Below, piece after piece: positions 1 to 5,775 of a DNA stretch of 62,686 nucleotides (within the stretch, counting starts at the first letter, position 1; each line of letters opens with the position of its first letter). Source of the DNA: an uncultured Bacteroidales bacterium (lineage in GTDB: Bacteria > Bacteroidota > Bacteroidia > Bacteroidales > UBA4417); contig CAIWMA010000182.1 in assembly GCA_903913645.1 (NCBI GenBank), positions 1 to 62,686 of the forward strand, written 5' to 3'. The notes beneath the pieces were generated by a model. The model was not told the DNA's origin and did no database searches. It saw nothing but the letters and a program-made list of their open reading frames with translations. The translations under genes were made by a program, and so were the position numbers.

Positions 1-10
1 AGTCCCAAAA

Positions 11-95
11 GGAGAGGTGGCAGAGTGGTCGATCGCGGCGGTCTTGAAAACCGTTGATCTGCAAGGATCCGGGGGTTCGAATCCCCCCTTCTCCG
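11..95 (+). tRNA. tRNA-Ser, anticodon UGA (class II, long variable arm)
   Basis: Cloverleaf folded by eye. Acceptor GGAGAGG 11-17 pairs with CTTCTCC 88-94 (one G-U). Anticodon stem 38-42/50-54, loop CTTGAAA, TGA at 45-47. Variable-arm hairpin GATC 56-59/66-69. T arm GGGGG-TTCGAAT-CCCCC 71-87. Discriminator G95; CCA not encoded. Confidence 0.9.
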
Positions 96-118
96 CTGAT
101 ATAGTAAGAAATACAATG

Positions 119-156
119 AAAACCACCGAAAACGCTACTGTTTTGGTGGTTTTTTG
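119..156 (+). terminator. Hairpin plus T-run downstream of tRNA-Ser
   Basis: AAAACCACC 119-127 pairs with GGTGGTTTT 145-153. Inner stem AAAAC 129-133 / GTTTT 140-144. T-run continues to 155. Confidence 0.5.
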
Positions 157-499
157 CTTTTTAACACTAAACAACTATCCCAGTATATATAAGCACTTGC
201 TATTGCAGATAATCTACTCTCGATTATTTCCGTAAACAAGGCACAAACCGCGTGAAATAAGACCACAACAACAAATCTTCAGCTTTATCTATAATTGTAA
301 GTTAGTCAGGTTAAAAGGTTGGGATAATTAGTAAGTACATTCACCGTTTTTTGTTTTCCATATTCAAAAAGCATTCTTCAGCAGCACAGTTTAGAACCGA
401 AAATGACTGAGTATAATAAACTTGAATAGTCCGAATTAAATATTACCTTTACCGAATTGGTTTTCAATCAATTTCATCTTAAAAGATACCGTTAAGGTT

Positions 500-667
500 A
501 TGAGTGAAAAAAAACAGAATAATTATGATTCACCTGATGTTGCAAAGCTTCAGGCTGTTGAAATAGATCACAAGACAACCATTTATATTGCAAAAGGTGC
601 CGATCCGGAAGAAGCGAAAAAACGCTATTTATACAGGATAAATCCTAAAACAATAATTCTTTCCTAA
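500..667 (+). CDS. Hypothetical small protein (55 aa)
   Basis: ATG-to-TAA ORF below the track cutoff, read by hand: MSEKKQNNYDSPDVAKLQAVEIDHKTTIYIAKGADPEEAKKRYLYRINPKTIILS. It is the only non-trivial ORF in an otherwise empty 1-kb stretch. No family recognised. Confidence 0.25.
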   Translation: MSEKKQNNYDSPDVAKLQAVEIDHKTTIYIAKGADPEEAKKRYLYRINPKTIILS

Positions 668-1223
668 AAGAATTTTTTAAAAGCCTGCGAAATATACAGC
701 TAATCTAGCGGCGTTTTAATTTAGGATGTCATGGCTTTTCATTATTAAAAGAAATAAGACTATACCCCAGAGCCCTAAGGAAAAATTGTGTCCAGTCATT
801 GATTGGATTAGAGATTTATTAGTTGCTGTTTCAGTACAAAATGGTATTAAATCTTTAGTAATATTTTAGCTTATTTACAATTTTCTGAATGCTGAATTTT
901 AGAGCCAGCGATTCAACTAAATAATTTGGTTCAACCTGGTACTTTTTATACAAACGTATTATTTATTCCAGGTGGATGCAATGCCTGGAAAACAAAATCC
1001 TTTTGTGTTGCATATGACGCGAATTAGCCTCAAGAATGCCTGGAAACAGACTTTAAAAAACTGTTAATCTTTCGGAGTTCATGTTAAAAACAACAATCGC
1101 CATATATTCGGACTTGTTGCTTGAAATTAGCGCAGCATTATTTTTGTAGTTCTGTCGCAACCACAAAATCCTGCTAATTTGTTTTGAATATTACGGGATT
1201 TTACTGGTTCAACATTTCGGACA

Positions 1224-1622
1224 TTACCGGGAGCTTGAACACCCGCAGCAAGATGAACTCTCAGTCGATGTGGGCAATCCTTGTGCTTTCCATCCTATAA
1301 TTCCACCATCAAGATTTGCTGATTCTGGGAAGCCCTTACTGTTTAATAAATTTACGACTTTTGAACTGCGAACGCCAGCATTGCAGATAACTATTATAGG
1401 TTTATCGGTTGGGATATTTTGCAATTGGGACATTATTCCTGACATAGGATAATAGAAAACATCGCTGAGAGGAATAGATTCAAGATTGTATTCGATCTCT
1501 TCACGGACATCGATCACAATAGCTGTTGCGTTTTGCAATTCTGTTAAAGCATTTTTAGGTGTAATGTGCTGCACACCATCAATATGGAATGCCTGAAAAA
1601 CGGGTATTTTAGTTGTGATCAT
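1224..1622 (-). CDS. Rhodanese-domain sulfurtransferase
   Basis: 132 aa. Rhodanese active-site loop in IIVICNAGVRSSK. Unusual Cys-rich tail SSSCCGCSSSR. Confidence 0.85.
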   Translation of the reverse strand: MITTKIPVFQAFHIDGVQHITPKNALTELQNATAIVIDVREEIEYNLESIPLSDVFYYPMSGIMSQLQNIPTDKPIIVICNAGVRSSKVVNLLNSKGFPESANLDGGIIGWKAQGLPTSTESSSCCGCSSSR

Positions 1623-1772
1623 ATTTCTTTATATCGATTATTCAATTTGGTTCGAACTGATTTGGCTAATTACTGAGTGTTTTTTTACTTGGTTTTTACG
1701 AACTTTCTAGTACAAAGAGTGGGAATACAGCTTAGTGATGTTTCAGGAATTGAATCAAAATTCATATGCGAA

Positions 1773-2483
1773 CTATTTAAAAATCCATGCAAAATAAATC
1801 CAGACGAAATAAAATCCGGTTAGAATAAACAATACCGCCACAATGCGCCTGAACCAGACTTCAAAGGTTTTGATACGGTTATAAAACTTGCCAATTCCGC
1901 CAATACTGAAAGCGAGCAGATAGGATAAAAGAATTACTGGTAAGCCGGTAGCAATGGCAAAATCGGGTAACAGCAGCAAGCCTCCTGATTGTGAAAGTAC
2001 CATTGGCATCAGCATCCCAAAATAAAGTACACCGCTGTAGGGACAGAATGCTAATGCAAAGATCGTTCCCAGGAAAAGTGCACCCCAGCCGCTGCCAAGC
2101 TTTACCTTGTCGGCAAAACGTTGCAAAATGGTTCCTGATGAGCCAGGCATCTTGATCACACCCAGCATAAATATCCCGATTGCAATTAACAATGGTCCTA
2201 CCCAGCGTTCACCGTTTGCTTGCACAGCACGGCTGACATGAAATTTGCTCGCTCCGAGGAATAATATAGAACCAAGGATTGTGTATGTCAGCGCTCGTCC
2301 CAAAGTATAATAAAGTCCGTTCAGGAAAACAGTTCGTTTGTCCTCTACATCTTTACTGATATAGGCCAGGGCAGTAATATTAGTAGCCAATGGGCACGGG
2401 CTGATTGCAGTCATCAAACCCAGCAGGAACGCTGTTAGTAGCGGGAAAGTGCTTTGGTCGATGAGGGTTTGTAAAAACTCCAT
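1773..2483 (-). CDS. DsbD/CcdA-family transmembrane thiol-disulfide electron transporter
   Basis: 236 aa, about 6 TM helices. Membrane-embedded Cys-Pro motifs ISPCPLATN and AFCPYSG are typical of CcdA/DsbD cores. From memory, this family is sometimes labelled ArsG-like in ars-type clusters. Confidence 0.75.
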   Translation of the reverse strand: MEFLQTLIDQSTFPLLTAFLLGLMTAISPCPLATNITALAYISKDVEDKRTVFLNGLYYTLGRALTYTILGSILFLGASKFHVSRAVQANGERWVGPLLIAIGIFMLGVIKMPGSSGTILQRFADKVKLGSGWGALFLGTIFALAFCPYSGVLYFGMLMPMVLSQSGGLLLLPDFAIATGLPVILLSYLLAFSIGGIGKFYNRIKTFEVWFRRIVAVLFILTGFYFVWIYFAWIFK

Positions 2484-2492
2484 TTTTTTGAT

Positions 2493-2518
2493 TTGGGAAT
2501 TTGAGAATGTGGGAATTT
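2493..2518. repeat. Phased 8-nt microrepeat arm (GGGAATTT/GAGAATGT type), inverted partner of 2980-3005
   Basis: TTGGGAATTTGAGAATGTGGGAATTT. Its reverse complement AAATTCCCACATTCTCAAATTCCCAA matches 2980-3005 at 24 of 26 positions. Confidence 0.85.
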
Positions 2519-2897
2519 AAGGATTAATGGTTTCTCTATTATAGTATTGGTTTGTTTTTGATGTTATAATTATTTTTGAAATGATGTTTATGATTGAAGC
2601 AAGTTTTTCCTGCAAATTTTGAGGTTCCGGATAGTTTGGCGATAGTTTGCAACGTGTAAGCCAGTATTCAGTTTCATCAGCCTCCTTAGCTGCTATTTTC
2701 ATTTTATGCACAAAATCAGCTTTGCTTTCAGCATTTTGTGCTTCATTGACATTAGCTCCAATTGATGTTCCCGACTTTTATAATTGTCTGGCAATAATAT
2801 ATCTTTTATGTTCTTCTAATTTCTCAGAATAAGAAATAATATCAAGGGCAAACTCAAGAGATAACTTTACGATCAGATTTTCATTTTCTTTTTTCAT
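2517..2897 (-). pseudogene. Four-helix-bundle protein gene (23S rRNA intervening-sequence protein / Avd-like family) with an in-frame TAA
   Basis: Hand translation from ATG 2897: MKKENENLIVKLSLEFALDIISYSEKLEEHKRYIIARQL*KSGTSIGANVNEAQNAESKADFVHKMKIAAKEADETEYWL... The family motifs (ARQL.KSGTSIGAN, KEA.ET.YWL) span a TAA at 2778-2780. The track shows only the downstream 64-aa piece. Confidence 0.8.
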
Positions 2898-2970
2898 AGC
2901 TAAATTCCTCTCTTTTTATAAAAAGATGATTATCAGGATTTTATTAAGAATTCAATAATCTTCAAATCTT

Positions 2971-3008
2971 TTCATTCTCAAATTTCCACATTCTCAAATT
3001 CTCAAATT
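2971..3008. repeat. Phased 8-nt microrepeat arm (CAMATTYY units)
   Basis: TTCATTCT CAAATTTC CACATTCT CAAATTCT CAAATT. It runs into the stop codon (3007-3009) of the upstream gene. Confidence 0.85.
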
Positions 3009-3417
3009 ATTTCAAATTCTTCTCAATCTCCGCCTTCAGCCCTGCAATAAATTTATCGGCCTGATTCCGAGAGTAGCTAAAGGCAAAATTGGTAAAATCG
3101 GTATTGGTTTCCTTTGCTCCGCTTACTTTTGTAAGGAATAGTGATGAACCTTCGGCTTTGTATTTCTCAACCATTTTAAGGTTTTTTTCTTCTTCAACAT
3201 TCAGAACCTGGAAAGTGATGGTGCCATCTTTTAATTGATTCGCAAAGTAAGTGTTCAGGGTTTTCTTAGTGTTATCTTCAATGGATATGCAGGTCGGACA
3301 ACGCCGTTCCGAATGGAAATAAACGATTTTTAACTTGGTTGGCTTTTGTGCGAAAACAACACCTGATACCTGCAGAATCAACATAATTAATACAAGACTC
3401 TTTTTCATAATTGACAT
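3007..3417 (-). CDS. Secreted thioredoxin-fold CxxC protein (resembles proteins labelled ArsF-like)
   Basis: 136 aa. Signal peptide MKKSLVLIMLILQVSGVVFAQ. CPTC motif in ERRCPTCISIE. The family label is from memory and unverified. Confidence 0.55.
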   Translation of the reverse strand: MSIMKKSLVLIMLILQVSGVVFAQKPTKLKIVYFHSERRCPTCISIEDNTKKTLNTYFANQLKDGTITFQVLNVEEEKNLKMVEKYKAEGSSLFLTKVSGAKETNTDFTNFAFSYSRNQADKFIAGLKAEIEKNLK

Positions 3418-3428
3418 TTTTAAGGTTT

Positions 3429-3662
3429 TTATTTCGAAAGCAGTTCTTTAATTTCTTTAACCGAAGGTACACGACCATACAGCAGCACTTTTTCATCTAC
3501 AACCAAGGCAGGTGTGCGCATCACGCCATAACCCATAATCTTTATAATATCTTCCTCTTTCACCACATTTGCATCGAGATTAAGTTCAGCAACAGCTTCA
3601 CGGGTGGCTTTTTCAAGGTTTTTGCAATTGGAACAGCCGGTTCCTAAGATTTTGATTTCCAT
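3429..3662 (-). CDS. Thioredoxin-family small redox-active disulfide protein (MTH895/TM0996 type)
   Basis: 77 aa. N-terminal KILGTGCSNCK CxxC motif. Characteristic size and beta-alpha-beta start. Confidence 0.85.
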   Translation of the reverse strand: MEIKILGTGCSNCKNLEKATREAVAELNLDANVVKEEDIIKIMGYGVMRTPALVVDEKVLLYGRVPSVKEIKELLSK

Positions 3663-3693
3663 CTTGTTTTTGATTTATTAATTTGTTAAATTA

Positions 3694-3775
3694 TTTTCAC
3701 ATTCCCACATTCCCACATTTCCACATTTTCACATTTTCACATTCCCAAATTCCCACATTCCCACATTTTCAAATT
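3694..3775. repeat. Tandem array, about 10 copies of the 8-nt unit CACATTYY
   Basis: CACATTCC CACATTCC CACATTTC CACATTTT CACATTTT CACATTCC CAAATTCC CACATTCC CACATTTT CAAATT. It fills the gap between two co-directional genes and overlaps the permease stop codon 3774-3776. Confidence 0.9.
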
Positions 3776-4814
3776 AAAAAATGTAATTAAACAGAAATCC
3801 TACTATTATAATTCCTGTTCCTACAACACCAATAAAGGTAAAGATAAGTGGCAGTTTAAGTACTTTGCGGAGAATAATCATTTCGGGTAACGAAAGCCCT
3901 ATTACGGACATCATAAAAGCGAGTGAGGTACCAAGCGCAGCACCTTTTTCAATCAATGCTGAAACAATAGGTATAATTCCCGCGGCATTTGAATATAAAG
4001 GAATCCCTATCAATACTGACAGAGGCACTGAATACCAGGCAGATTTTCCCATAAATGAGGCCATGAAATCCTGAGGAACATAACCATGAACACCTGCACC
4101 CACTGCAATTCCTATCATAACATAAATCCAGACTTTCCCGACAATTTCCTTAACCGCTTCAAAACCCAGTTTTATACGTTTGCCAAATGCCAGTTTTTCG
4201 TCTTCCGGATGATCGCCGGCTTTTATTTGATAAACCCAGGGTTCAACCCATTTTTCGAGGTGTAGCCGACCTATTACCCATCCTGCAGTAATAGCGATGA
4301 TCAATCCTGTAACAACATAAATCAGTGCTGTCTTCCATCCGAATAATCCAAACAGCAAAACAATCGCTACTTCGTTAATCATTGGTGCAGCAATCAGGAA
4401 CGAAAAAGTTACACCCAGCGGAATTCCGGATTCAATAAAACCCAGGAACAAAGGTATGGCCGAGCAGGAACAGAATGGTGTTACTATTCCAAGCGAGGCT
4501 GCCATTACATTTCCGGTGAAAAGCGATTTGCCTTCCAGCGCTTTGCGGGTGCGTTCCGGAGAAAAATAGGTGCGGATTATACCGACAAAAAATATGATGA
4601 GTGCCAAAAGCATTAAGACTTTTGGTACTTCAAAAATAAAAAAACGAACTGCTTCTGTAAGATGCTTACCTGCAGGCATCATAAAGATACTAAAAACAAG
4701 TTTATCAGTTACCCATTGCAGGTTGTGGTATACCAAAAACCATGCTGGAATAAATAGCAAAAGCAAATATTTGCTGTTTCGGGCAAACCTGAAGAATAGG
4801 CTGTTGTCAGACAT
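3774..4814 (-). CDS. Permease (COG0701-type, CSCS motif)
   Basis: Polytopic membrane protein with PFCSCSAIPLF motif. I prefer the MSDNS start at 4814. ATGTCTGA overlaps the arsR-like stop, suggesting translational coupling. Confidence 0.8.
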   Translation of the reverse strand: MSDNSLFFRFARNSKYLLLLFIPAWFLVYHNLQWVTDKLVFSIFMMPAGKHLTEAVRFFIFEVPKVLMLLALIIFFVGIIRTYFSPERTRKALEGKSLFTGNVMAASLGIVTPFCSCSAIPLFLGFIESGIPLGVTFSFLIAAPMINEVAIVLLFGLFGWKTALIYVVTGLIIAITAGWVIGRLHLEKWVEPWVYQIKAGDHPEDEKLAFGKRIKLGFEAVKEIVGKVWIYVMIGIAVGAGVHGYVPQDFMASFMGKSAWYSVPLSVLIGIPLYSNAAGIIPIVSALIEKGAALGTSLAFMMSVIGLSLPEMIILRKVLKLPLIFTFIGVVGTGIIIVGFLFNYIF

Positions 4815-5127
4815 TACAACCCGTGGTTTTATTTTTATCAGCAAGAAAAGTATCTAAAAGTTGTTTTGCCAGGGCCCAGTTCTCTTTATTTATACAATAT
4901 TTTATGAATGGCGGATTTATTTCACCCTGGATCAATCCGGCTGATTTCAATTCTTTCAGGTGTTGCGATAGGGTAGAGAGAGCAATGGGGAATTCATCTG
5001 CAATATTTCCACTATAGCAACATCCCCGGTCCGAAAGGATTTCCAGAATCTTAACACGGGCAGGATTACCCATTGCTTTTGCAAACCGGGCCAGTTTAAC
5101 CTCATCCTCAGTATAAGCTATTTTCAT
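4807..5127 (-). CDS. ArsR/SmtB-family metalloregulatory repressor
   Basis: 106 aa. wHTH LSTLSQHLKELKSAGLI. Cys pair in DRGCCYSGNI at the usual sensing position. Confidence 0.9.
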   Translation of the reverse strand: MKIAYTEDEVKLARFAKAMGNPARVKILEILSDRGCCYSGNIADEFPIALSTLSQHLKELKSAGLIQGEINPPFIKYCINKENWALAKQLLDTFLADKNKTTGCNV

Positions 5128-5138
5128 GATTCATTTAG

Positions 5139-5160
5139 TATTTCGCAAAAATACGAAATA
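5139..5160. promoter_or_regulatory. Candidate ArsR operator (7-N8-7 perfect inverted repeat)
   Basis: TATTTCG-caaaaata-CGAAATA, 12 nt upstream of the arsR-like start codon (5127). Confidence 0.4.
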
Positions 5161-5241
5161 TTTGATCTAAAGGAGTCAAAACAAAGAAAATTAATAATTT
5201 AGAAAGAGAATTAATATTGAACGGAGAGGAACCGACAGGGA

Positions 5242-5775
5242 TTATAAAATCCGGCTTACTATCTTTTTTATTGAATCCAGTCCAATTTCATCATTGCTTA
5301 CTGTAGCAGGATGCCGGAAAACAAAACCTGAGACATCATCAGCCACTTTTAATTCAAGAAATGAATCAACAATGCAATCAAAAACGAGGTCAAGTGTTTG
5401 ATATTCAATATCTCCATAAATGTATTTGTTGGTAAACGTACCAGCAAACTCCATTTTACTGATTATTAGGTTTAATTCCTCATGAATCTCACGGACAATA
5501 GCTTCTTCAGCTGTTTCACCAAGATCAACAAATCCTCCCGGCAGATCGAGCATTCCGGCTGCCGGGTTATGTTTACGTATTGTAAATAGCACTTCGTTCG
5601 TTTCATTCCGGATTATGGCGGCAACGGATGCTGACATATTGATAAAATATCTGAAACCGCAACTTTCGCACTTCAATGATTTCTCAGTATCTGGAGTAAA
5701 ACCCGGACTTCCACATTTCGGACAAAACCTGAAATTTTTTGAAGGACTATATTCATTAATCATAAACAATTGCAA
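5242..5775 (-). CDS. NUDIX hydrolase with N-terminal zinc ribbon (NADH pyrophosphatase-like)
   Basis: CPKC...CESC zinc ribbon followed by Nudix box GGFVDLGETAEEAIVREIHEELN. Confidence 0.85.
   Translation of the reverse strand: MQLFMINEYSPSKNFRFCPKCGSPGFTPDTEKSLKCESCGFRYFINMSASVAAIIRNETNEVLFTIRKHNPAAGMLDLPGGFVDLGETAEEAIVREIHEELNLIISKMEFAGTFTNKYIYGDIEYQTLDLVFDCIVDSFLELKVADDVSGFVFRHPATVSNDEIGLDSIKKIVSRIL

Noticed and set aside
96-1223. Integrated mobile element at tRNA-Ser
   Set aside because: There is no integrase or transposase ORF, and I could find no direct repeat of the tRNA 3' end in the window. The downstream genes are an ordinary chromosomal redox cluster.
2778-2780. In-frame TAA as evidence of stop-codon reassignment or programmed readthrough
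   Set aside because: Many well-conserved genes in the window terminate at TAA at the expected protein length (for example recA). A simple nonsense mutation, probably TTA to TAA, or a sequencing error is the economical reading.
3694-3775. CRISPR array
   Set aside because: The 8-nt units are contiguous with no spacers, far shorter than CRISPR repeats, and no cas genes are present in the window.
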